From Euprymna scolopes (lineage: Eukaryota), in the NCBI GenBank assembly GCA_053919585.1, contig CM132810.1: a stretch of DNA of 64,000 bases; one strand, written 5' to 3'. Shown here piece by piece: positions 42,001 through 53,769 of the stretch (its first letter is position 1; the number at the start of each line of letters is the position of its first letter). The position numbers and the translations under genes were made by a program. The notes under the pieces are model-generated. The model searched no databases, was not told where the DNA came from, and worked only from the letters and a program-made list of their open reading frames with translations.

Positions 42001-45000
42001 AATAAAATATATGAAAAAACACATCGTTTTGGTCTGTCTTGTGAAGCATCTCCCTTAAAGATGCCAAGAAGGTTGAAGAAATTCCCAGAAGAAACAACAG
42101 CAGAAACAGGTATGTTGTCATGTATATGTGTTATTTGTTCTGACATACAAACACGAAAACCACTAGATGAGACGAATCATGGGCCATAAAATAGACATTA
42201 AAGATCTAAAGACAACAGTCTGTTACACAGCGCATATACATATGGTCCATTTATGATAAGAAACAAGACATTTAGAAGTGCTACATATACACACTCAAAC
42301 ACATCACGATGCAAAAAGTATACACATATATAAAACCCTCAGCGATGTAAATATGTCACAAACATGTATAAACACAAGTATAATTCAACTAGATAAACAT
42401 GCATATTTATGTGGTACTGTATCTACATGGACGTATATATAGACATTCACTCCACTACCCAACAATATGTACATTGGATAGCAAGTGATTCCTTTTTCCG
42501 TTTCACTATCTAGGTCTGCACAAGTATTAATGTCTGGATGTGGTCTTTTGCGTAATTTCATAACTTTGTGTTAACTTGGGATTTATTGTCAGGTGCTATA
42601 TGTAGAGTTTGGGATTTCATTAGCTATGCTCTCTACCTACCTCTGAGCCACATGAGAGGATGCGCCTAGGGGGAAACCCATTCATCTAATAACATCAGGG
42701 CTGCATAGCCAATATACTTGTGCTGATGATTGATAGTTTAAATTTCTGTCCCTGGGTTTTCATTCTCAATACAATTACTTACCCAAGGATAGAAAGAGGT
42801 ATGCTTGCTTTCTCAGCAAGATTGGCCATCATCCTAATTCAGATTTTGTAGATCTGAAAAAGAGCTGACATGACCAATCAGACCGAGCCTCTTCAACCAC
42901 CCATCTAGGTCAGGTAATGCCCTACTCACAGAATGGATCAGAGGTCTTTGATTAGTAAATATAGATTAGTTGAAAAAGGAGAAGGCTCAGGAAAACATGG
43001 AGGAAGTAATCAAGATGAACTTGAGTGAAGGATAAATAAAGAACTGTTCAGAGACAGGTAAATTTGGAAGAATTTCTAAAAGTTATCCAACATGTAAATG
43101 GGCGTTAAATCAAAGATGATAAAAATTAGCTAAAGTATATTCCTTGTTTAAAAAATATTGAAGTATTTGAAAAATTTTACAGGCTTTATATTGTGGAAAG
43201 GGACAATAAAGAAATCTCCATGCATAATCGCATATTAACCACTTTTACTGTGGAGATCCATCATGTACAGTTTGACCCACTTAAATGTAGCCCAATTTCT
43301 TAGCCACATTATTATATGTCATATACTGAATATGTTGCTTTTTGATCCAAGGGTTTTGGCTCTCCTGTATCAAATAATTCCAAGCAATTTACATTTTGCA
43401 ACCTAAATTTTTATATTTTTCCACTTGATTAGTATTTAGATTACTTTTAAGGGGGTCACTCTGAATAATTCATATAATAAATGTATACTATTAACTACAT
43501 GATGTTGCTTTTCAGAAACCACTCTTCTATTTCATGTATTTCCAGATGCTGTAATCATTGGTTAATAAAGAAGATTGACTAAAGAGTTGAAGCTCATCTA
43601 TGATTGCAGTACCTTGCTATCGAGCCATTTGACTTCTTCCTCATCACGTCTCAAATCAACAATGGCTGACATTCCGTGCCCGCCCCCGATTGCGAGACCA
43701 CCTGATCAGACGACATCCCACGCCCGCACAGCCCATCCAGTTGACCAGACCGCACATCCGGCTCCCGCCGCCAGCGCCCCTAAAAGCAGAGAGGGTGAAA
43801 CAGCCAATTGTCACAGTAGGTGGCACAAGCGAGGAATGGTCCTACTTCGAGCTGCGCTGGACAGAGTACAAGGCTGCGACTCGGCTCCCTGGCACGAACA
43901 TCGCACACCAACTCCTCGAATGCTGCGAAGACAGTCTTTGAAAGGACCTCACAGACTTTTGGCGTCCTGACAACCAAGGACGAAAAGACCATACTCGGGA
44001 ACATCTAAAGCCTCACAGTTCGCCAAGAGAACATCACGGTTGCTTGTCTCCAACTTCAACAGACTCGCCAGGACCGTGATGAGCCTGTGAGGATGTATGC
44101 CGCCCGTCTCCGCGGACAGGCCAGCGTCTGTAACTTCAAGAAGACATGCACGTGTGCCCTGGAGATTGATTTCAGCGACATCATGATCCGGGACACCCTC
44201 ATTCGTGGACTGGAAGATGAGGACATCCGATTAGTTATCCTCGGCCAGGCAAAACAGCACGTGAGCCTAGAGGACGTCCTACAGTTTGTCGAGGCCAAAG
44301 AGAGCAGCAAGCACTCTGCAAGACGCTTATCTGAGACTCTTACCTCAGTTACAGCCGCCGCAGCGAGCACATACAAGCGTCGCAACAAACTGAAAACGGC
44401 TCATGACACCACCAAAGGTACCAACTGTGGCACCACAGGCCATGGGCGAACCAGACAAGAGCGCATGCAGAAATGCCCGACATATAATCACACATGCACC
44501 AAATGTGGAATACTTCACCACTTTGAGGGCGTATTGCCGACAGACACGTCAAAAGTCACCCTCCACTGGACCAGCGCCAACCCCAGATGATGCCACTGAT
44601 ATCTTTAACACCTTGTGCTCGATCACCAATGTTCCTTCTGTGGCAATCGATGCCATAAAGCTCGACCACCATATATACAATGAGTTTTGCGATGCATGGG
44701 AGCGGCGGCCTTCTGCCCCCAGCCTTGCATTAACGTGACAGTTAGCGCCACCCCATCTGATGCACACGCCCTCGGACTCCCGACACTGGAGACCATCCCT
44801 TTGAACACCACCCCCTTCAAAGCCTTATCTGACACCGGCTGCCAGTCCTGCTTGGCCGGCACAATGCTTCTCTTGAAACTAAGGCTGGAAAAGAGACATC
44901 TGCATCCAGTCCACATGAAGAGGATTACTGCCAATAATCGTGGGATTGACATCGCAGGCGCCACGGTCCTAAGAATCTCTGGGGCATCCCTGTCCAGAAA

Positions 45001-48000
45001 AACCATGGAAACGAGACAGATTGTCTACTTCTCCGACTCAATGGACAAACTGTTCTTGTCGAAGGAAGCATGCGTCGCCCTCGGGATGATACCAATCAGC
45101 ATCCTCATGATCAGTGAGACATCCAAAACCAACAATTCAAATGACGAAACAGATGTGTAATTGTCCCCATCATCAACAACCCTCGGCCCGCCCGACATTC
45201 TCTGGCCAGGAATGACCCTGGTTATCACTGAAATGAGCTCTCGCTGCTCTCCATGCAATCAGATGTCTCCATCGAACCCAAGCCAACCACCAACTCCTCC
45301 GGCTCTACCCGAATACTCGTTCCAGTGTATCACTGCGAACTACTTCACATTCCGTGGAAAACACTACCTTGTCAGCGTTGACAGGTACAGCAACTGGCTG
45401 AGAATTGAACAGGCGGTCAATGGTTTCAAAGGACTCATTTCAGCAATATGTCGCATCTTTGTAACATATGGTATTAGTGATGAAATAACATCAAACGGAG
45501 GACCTGAGTTCACTGCTCACGACACGCGTGATTTCCTTTACAATTGGGGTGTTCGCCACTGGATTTCATCTGTCGCATTCCTGCACAGCAACTGCCGCGC
45601 AGAAATAGGAGTCAAGAGTGTCAAGCGATTTCTCACGGACAACCCCGACATTGACGGTTCCCTCAACACAGACGCATTCCAGCGAGCCATGCTCATATAC
45701 CGCAACACTCCAGACCGTGATACCCTGCTGTCTCCGGCTATGTGTGTATTTGGAAGACCAATCCGGGATTTCATACCCATACATCCGGGAAAGTACCAAC
45801 CACACAGCACCTGGCGTGAAACTCTGGCATCGAGAGAGGAAACCCTCTGCAACTGCTACATGCGCATCTCTGAGCGGCTCACAGAACACACTCGTCCCCT
45901 GCCACTACTAGTCGTTGGTGACTGTGTGAGGATCCAGAAACAAATGGGACCTAACCCCAAGAAATGGGACAAAACTGGCATTGTCGTGAAGGTCCGACAA
46001 TTCGACCAATACGTTGTTCACATCGACAGCTCTGGCCGTGTTACGCTGCGGAACCGGAAATTCTTGCGGAAATACATGCCGGTGATTGAACACTCCCTAC
46101 TCCTGAGATAATCGGACCAACGCCTGTGTCCCACAGCCCAAGCAGTGCAACTGAACAGCCACAGCCAAACCAACCAACACCACTCACTAACACACCTTCC
46201 GAGCAAAAGGAACACCCAGCAGATACCACTGTCATGCCTCTCAACCCTGACCCAGCATTTGTTCAGTCAGCCCCCGCGATTAGAGAAACCAGCGGGCGAG
46301 CACAAACAGAAGATCCCTATGGCTCTTCAGGGTCTGATGCCACACAACGCCCCCGGCCTACAGGAACGCCCAGTGTCTCTGCCTGACTCAGACACCGCAC
46401 AGGAGCCTGTGGACACGTTGCCTTTATGTCAGTCAACCCGCCTCTCACACCTACCTGCCCAATTGAGTGTAGACTGAAACAGACTTTAAATCTCTAAATC
46501 TACTTCATGTACCAAGACATTTTATTAAGTTCACATGCCCAGATGGACCATTCGCATTTAGCTTAACTTATTACCTGGAAATCTTACAACACTCACACTC
46601 GTCTTTATGTCTTAAAGACTGGGAGGGGCATACATGATGTTGCTTTTCAGAAACCACTCTTCTATTTCATGTATTTCCAGATGCTGTAATCATTGGTTAA
46701 TAAAGAAGATTGACTAAAGAGTTGAAGCTCATCTATTAACTTTTGAAATTTATTTCACAATTACCATATTCAAGATTGTATACAACACAAGAATACATGT
46801 TAGGACAAAAAAAGATTTGATGGAAGTTTTTGTAAAACTTGAATTTGACAATACAAACTATGATTTATTATATGAAAAATATTTTTTAAAACCGACTCAC
46901 CATGAGTTCTTCTTCAAGCTGCTTTCGTAATCGACTTTCTCTCTCATACTTTTTAGTAATGTCCTTTGAAGGAATACAAAATAAATTGTATAGACAAATG
47001 GAAAATAAAAACTATATTGTAATATATTTGAGATGAGAAATTTTCATTATTTAAAATTTTTTGCCTCTTGAAAATTACCCAAACATCGCTGAAAATGTGC
47101 CAGTTATCTTGAGTTTCTGAGTCCAGTCATGAGTAAAGATAGCAAAATGATCAAACAACTAAAGAATCTTGCAAGGTCTAGAAAATAGAATGCGAAAAAT
47201 GTGTCCCTAAAGATAGAGTAAAGTATTGGGTTAAAAATTCCATAACAATTCCAGAGTACAAGTCACCCAATTAAGACGAGAGGGTAGTTTTACGGTTGGT
47301 TGGAGAGTGTTAAGATGAAGATTGGCATTTGGTTGACCTAGATGTACCTAACTTGAATTAAATAAAGGTCACCATTGTCCAAGGAAAACTCCAAAATCTA
47401 TACTAAAGTATAAATCAACTTTATTTCACTGGAACATCAGAAGATTTTTAAAAAATTGTTTGGTTGGCAGGTTTTCACTAAAAACAGATTGTGACATTCT
47501 GGAGTTCCATCTCGCCTTGCTGTTTCTAGCAACGGATGAGAATAGCTGCTGATGTTTTATATCTCATTCTGGAACTAATTTGTCTCTTTCCATTAATCGA
47601 GATGGGCATAAATCAACAGGCTACGAGTGCACATGTCAGTGGTGTGCTAGTCACCAGTGTATTAATACATGAAGCTGGGTAAGCTAATTGAACTACAATT
47701 CAATATAAGATTGCTTGTATAGACAATGGAAATTGATATGTCATGTAATTTTTACAAGGGCAAAACACTAGAAATCAAGCGTTCAGTTCAACATTTCCAG
47801 AAAAGCTTCTTTCTTTTGTAAATCTGTTCTTTAAATGACATGTACCAGATTCAGGCTGTTATCTTCATCTTAGTTGTTGTCATGGTTACATTAATTTTAA
47901 CCATTGTACTCTATGATAATCAACAAGTGCTTTTATTGTAGTCAGTATGTATTTTACTCAACACACAACCATATGGATGAAGGTTTTGGTCAAGAGATAT

Positions 48001-51000
48001 TCTAGAGTTAATTCTACCTGGAGGTTGCTAGTTCAAGTCCTTATGAAGGGACATAAAAGAAAAAAAAATTAAAAGGTATGGAACATGGGCCAAGAACTAA
48101 ACTAAAGGGATTAAATAAATGGATTCAGTTTAGAATTCCCATGCGGCTGAATAGGAACTTGAAAGCTAGAGAGTACAACAGCCAAAACGTGAGAATGGAA
48201 CCAACCAAGATGACAACAAACATGTAAATAACATGTAAATAACATGTCAATGATCACAGAAATATCATTAAATATTTTTTTGTTACAATCATTGTGGCAC
48301 TTTTAATGAGTTATTCAGCCTTGAATGTTTTATAATAGAAATTTTTAACTGCAAGATTTTCATAACCAAAAAATTCTTATTGTGAAAAGGTATGTTTAAA
48401 ATAGAATTTTATTTGTATTATTTGATCTTCTATTTTCATCTTGGTTGTTATATTCCCAACATTTCAGCTAATCTGACTTCGAATCTTCTTTGGGTGCATC
48501 TTTTTAAAATAAGGAACATTCTAGTCAAACTCCAGAACCTGGGCAGAATTTTTCAGAGAACCCTTTATTTAATTCATGCAAGTAGATTGTTCTTATTCTG
48601 TCAACCATTCTAAATTCTGCACCGGCTCCCAATTTTGATGTCACATTGATCAAAATATTGTAAACATAGCAAACAAGGATAGAAATCGGAATAAAAAACA
48701 GAAATTATCAATCCTTATCTCAAAAAACATATGATTTTATTATTTGTTAAACGTTTTAACAGTGGAAAATAAGTATTTTTCTAAACAAAATTAAAATCTT
48801 TAAAAGTTTAAGTATTTTTTACGAAAAAAAAAGTATTATCTTTATTATATTTTATTCATATTTTTTATTTATATAAACCCAATACTAAATGAATAAAAAG
48901 TATATACCTTATCAATATAGGAATCTGTTTGGTCATTTCGGTCATCTTGACAGTAATCACATTTTTTCTTTAACAACTGCTCATTCAGTTCCTACAAAAA
49001 AAGAAAAAATGGATTCATTGAGAAGAATTCTAAAACAATTACAAAGACAACAGTGGATCAATATCTTTATGTAAAAAAAATGAAAAAAAAAAAATGTAGT
49101 TTCTATCTATTTGTTCACAAGCTCTACCTTGAGTTCAAAAACATTCTTTTCCCATAATCATATATAGATTCTTACTCAGAATAGTATTTGGATAAGTATA
49201 TTTCATTTTGATTATAGAAGTACATTATCATGGGGCTTGTGCTCACACTTGACATCCATAAAATGGAAATATATTGTTTTACTTTATTTTAATTTAAAAA
49301 TTATAGAAATTACAAAATAGAAATGTTAAGGGGTTCAGAGGCCGGATTAGGAGTGAACATGGATTTTAGAAAGAATGCTAAGTACACACTTTGTCATTTT
49401 TTTTCTTTTTAAATTAAGAAATAGTCACCACTTATCCAGGCTATATACTATTTAAGGATAAAGGTTGATAAGATGGAATGATTGTCAAGACCAATTTCAA
49501 ATACAATTCTAAATAGAAATCTATTGGTACTGACTTTTAGTAGGATCAATATATGGAAAATACTCCCTCAACCTCCCAAAAATTCTAACAAAAGGTTTCT
49601 CAACTGATTATGGTAGGTTTTAATGTACTTTTTAATGTACTAAAAGTTTACAAAAGTATGACCCCTGGAAAAGTGTTTTTTTTTTTTTCAAAATGGCATC
49701 CAAGATGGCCTCCAAAACCGTTGAACGATCATAACTATAACTATCAACTCAAATTTGATGATCTCGGTGTCTATCCCTACATTTTTGGGGGGCAAAGAAC
49801 ACATTAAAATCATAAAAAATGATGTTGGCCTATTATGACTATGTGCCAATGTTTTGGGGGTAGAGGTGGCATTCTCCATATATTTGATTGGATCTAACTG
49901 TATAACTAATTCGCATCTTTCTCTATTTCAGATATGATTCAACAATGAGCGCAAGCACAGTCAAGCGTCTTGTCCAACATGCAAGGATTCCAGTGATAAC
50001 TGGGTTGCAATTCAGTGGAATGGGGCAAAAGTAATAAATGATGCCAGTGTAAAACAGAAAGACGATCTTGTAGTTGAAACTGGTATGAAAGTGTATAAAA
50101 GCTATTTGATTATTGGAATTCTTTTTGAGATGAATAATTTGTACATTTTTTTTTTGGTGAGACAACAACTACAGAAGGCAGTAATTACTGAAGATACTGT
50201 TGAAGATTCAGCATTCCTATCCCATCACAGTTAAATTAACAACCTGACAAGGACCAGGCGAATAGTTGGCCGAAATGTTGTGAAACAACATTAAAAGATG
50301 AGGATAATAGTCCGCAAATAAATAAAATGCATAAAAGCTGTCGTCAACAGTAAATTAATGTTAAAAATGTTAAAAGCCATGTTGCTTTTGTGTCAAGAAA
50401 GAGAACCACAAGAGGCTCAAGTGGAGCTTTTGATAGCGCAAAGGACTGCATATTCTGTGGATGTACAATTGATTTGGACAAGAGACACTTTAGCTGGGTA
50501 CGCACGGACAAATTTGTGGAAACAATTTTGGAGATCTGTGAATCCTGTTAAGATGATTGAGGCCACATTGCATACCATTTATAAGATTTACATGCAACAG
50601 ATGGCCTTTATCATAATCATGTAGTAGAAATTTTAGGAACCTCAAGTCTGTGCCTTTTGAGTTCCAGCATGCCCCTGATGCCAAGTGCAGAAAGCCAGGC
50701 CATCCTAAAGATGAAGAGAAGTATAAAGCATTTCAGAAAATGTGTGCTTAATTAAAACTGAACAAGTGAGGAACAACTAACTGTGACATCTTTGAGCCTC
50801 ATAATGAAACGTTATCTTTCCAATCCTGATTCTGAACCCTATGACAATTACAGTTTGAAAAAGCATCTTAAAGAGCACTTTAACAACTCAATCATATTTT
50901 CTGAAGGAGAAGGCTTGGACGATATTGTCACTATGAGAGAACAAACATTGCAGATTCTGAGATTATATTACAAAGGAAAGTGTCAGGAAGATGATGAAGA

Positions 51001-53715
51001 ATCCCAAGAATGTGCTATTATTGAAACTGTTGCCAGATTAATCAAAAGTGATGTTTCACTATGAAGAATCGGTATCCAAGTAATGAGGATTTAAAGCTTG
51101 ATTGAGCACTTTCATTCATTCTAGCATGTCTGCAAATAACACTGGAAACAGGGTTTGCTCAGAAGACAAGACACAAGGTTACTGTCATTGTACTGGTGCA
51201 AGTCCATCATCTATATATAGTTCAAAGTTCATTGCGGATATCCTTCATGAGATGGGATTTTGCTGCTCATATACAGAAGTGATGAGATTTGAAAAAAAAT
51301 GCAGCAGATTGTGTGGAACCTGATGTTCTAGGTGGAGATGTAGATTTGCTGGAAATGTCTGTTCTTTTTTGCCGCTGATAATATGGATCACAATCTTATC
51401 ACTCTGAATGGCAAACCTAAAACAGATTATAATGTGCTTGATGGAGGCTCTTTACTTCATCATTTACCATGGAAGAAAGGAAACTCATATTATACAATAG
51501 CTGAGTCTTATGCAGACTTCACTGTGAGAAATTATGGATAAACAACAGTGGTGTTCAATGGATATGGTGAAGGCACCCTATAATTAGTTTCACAGCAGAA
51601 ACAGAGTTTTCAGGCAAAAAGGACTTTATTTCGTGACAAAAACAAGACAGACATGATTTCTCTTATCAACACAGCACTAACTAAAAGGAGATGCCATGTT
51701 ATTCAGTCACCAGGTGATGCAGATGATATCGTTAAGGCAACTGTTGAACTATGCCATCATTGTTCTGATGCAAGCAAACAGTCAAGAAAACAAAGTATAT
51801 AACATTAATTTGTTGATAAAAACTCTAGGAGGTGATGTATGCACTGAATTACTCTTTGTACATGCTTACTCAGGCTGTGATTCCACTTCAAGGATTTCTG
51901 TATTGGAAAAAATCAGTCTTCCAGAAATTAGTGAAATCTAATCCTGTCATGAAGTCCTGTGCGAGTGTATTCACCCTTTAAAACAAATCTCAAGAGGAGA
52001 TATCAGATCTTGGCAAAGAACTGATGGTTGATTGCTTTGGATCTTTGAAGTCTAATGATACACTATCATCACTACGCCATACCATTTTCACCAAGAAAGT
52101 GGCAACTGCTGAAGCATTTGTCACTCCTGAAAGGCTTCCCCCAACATCATCAGCAACAAGTTTCTATAGCCAACAGGTGTACTTCCAAATTATGGTATGG
52201 ATGAGAAAGGCAAGTGAAATGAACTCAACTGACTGGGGATGGAAACTAGAGAATGATCAGTTAGTTCAAGTTATCACCCAAAACACTTGACAAACACTTG
52301 AAAATTATATACTGCAACTGTTCAGAAGGATGCAGAAAATCTCAATGCAGATGTTATGAGCTCCCTTGCACCGGTGTATGTGGCCCTTGCCAGACTTAAA
52401 ACTGTAACAATCCAAACAACACTTGAGAGGTTCATACTGAGGAGGAGGATGACACTTAAAATTGAAACTCTAAAACTTGTTCTATACAGATAAAAGTGTT
52501 ATTAACTGATGTAACCAAGTACTTAAAACAAAGAAGTTAAGTGTAATTAGGATTTGGTATAATGAGAAGATTATATAAACATGAGTACTGTAAGATAACA
52601 ACCCTACAGAAGATGCTCATAATTAGTTTGCTATCATTATACCTATTGCTTGTTGTGTTTGTGTATAAGGTGATAGTGAACATTTGAAGGTCAACAATCC
52701 AATTTCATGATTTAACAGCTCAATGACATCCCTAGTTGTCTTAATGTGTTCTTTGCTCCTAAAAATGTAGGAATAGACACCAAGTTAATTAGTTTATTTT
52801 ACCAGCATATCAACCCCTTTGGGTTATTTAATGCTAAAGAATTGGTCTGGTTTTGTTTATTTGTTTATTTTTTCTAGATTTTATTGATGTTGAAATTTAA
52901 AAAATAATGCTTTTTTGATAGGTACTAGTTATATATTGTGCTTTTCAGATGTTTGGGTTTTTTATTTCCTAATTATATCTTATTGTATAGTTTTGTTTCT
53001 TTAAAAATTCTAGGAGGTTTTAGGATCAAGTTTGTGAAAAATGTTTTTCAGATTGTTTTCTTGATAATATTTTATTCGAGTTTGACTGAACTTTGTGCAG
53101 TTGGTTAGGATATGTTTCACTGTATAGGGGTCTTGACATGGGGTGCAGTTTAGTAGATACGGGTGGCAGCGGTATGTCCTAGTTGAAGTCTTTTGTTGTC
53201 ATTTTCCTGTTGGAAACTAACTTCTGCCCATTTTTTGAGGATGGGTTTGATTTGATAAAGTTTTTTTTTTTTTGCATGAGTTCCATAGTTCTTGCCATTT
53301 GGATATGATGAACTTATTGATTAAGGGTTTGTAGTCAGTGTAGGGTACTTTTGTGTTGCTGGAGTCCATTTTGAGTGATTGTTTTACTGCTGTATCTACT
53401 TTTTCATTTCCTGTTAGTCCCACATGGCTGGGTATCCAACAAAAGGTAATATCTTTGTTTTGGGTGATGAAGTTGATTATTTGCAGGAGATTGATGATCA
53501 GAGGATTGTTTAGATTTTTGTTTTTTAGTGATGTTAACACTGATAGTGAGTTTAAAAGTATGATGTATTTGTTATAGTTGAGTTCAAGGATAAGGTAAAT
53601 CTATGGCTGTGGCTTCAGCACTGAACATTGATGTGTTGTCTGGTAGGCATTTTTAGGTTATGATGTTATTACAAATGGTTGCACTTCGACTTTATTCTTA
53701 TCCTTAGAGCTACCA

Positions 53716-53769
<54 letters not shown>

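Larger units (their letters stand above)
43496..46735 (+). mobile_element. Non-autonomous Gypsy (Mag-like) LTR retrotransposon: gag, protease and integrase remnants, RT/RNase H absent
   Basis: Identical 105-bp LTRs, 5-bp TSD TTAAC (43491-43495, 46736-46740), PPT gggaggggca, gag IRDTLIRGL plus zinc knuckles, protease LSDTGCQS, integrase VDRYS...GGPEF...SNCRAE...YRNTP. Confidence 0.93.

Noticed and set aside
45161-46111. 316-aa ORF as a functional or domesticated integrase
   Set aside because: No true ATG start, truncated zinc finger, and both catalytic Asp replaced by Asn inside a TSD-flanked element.
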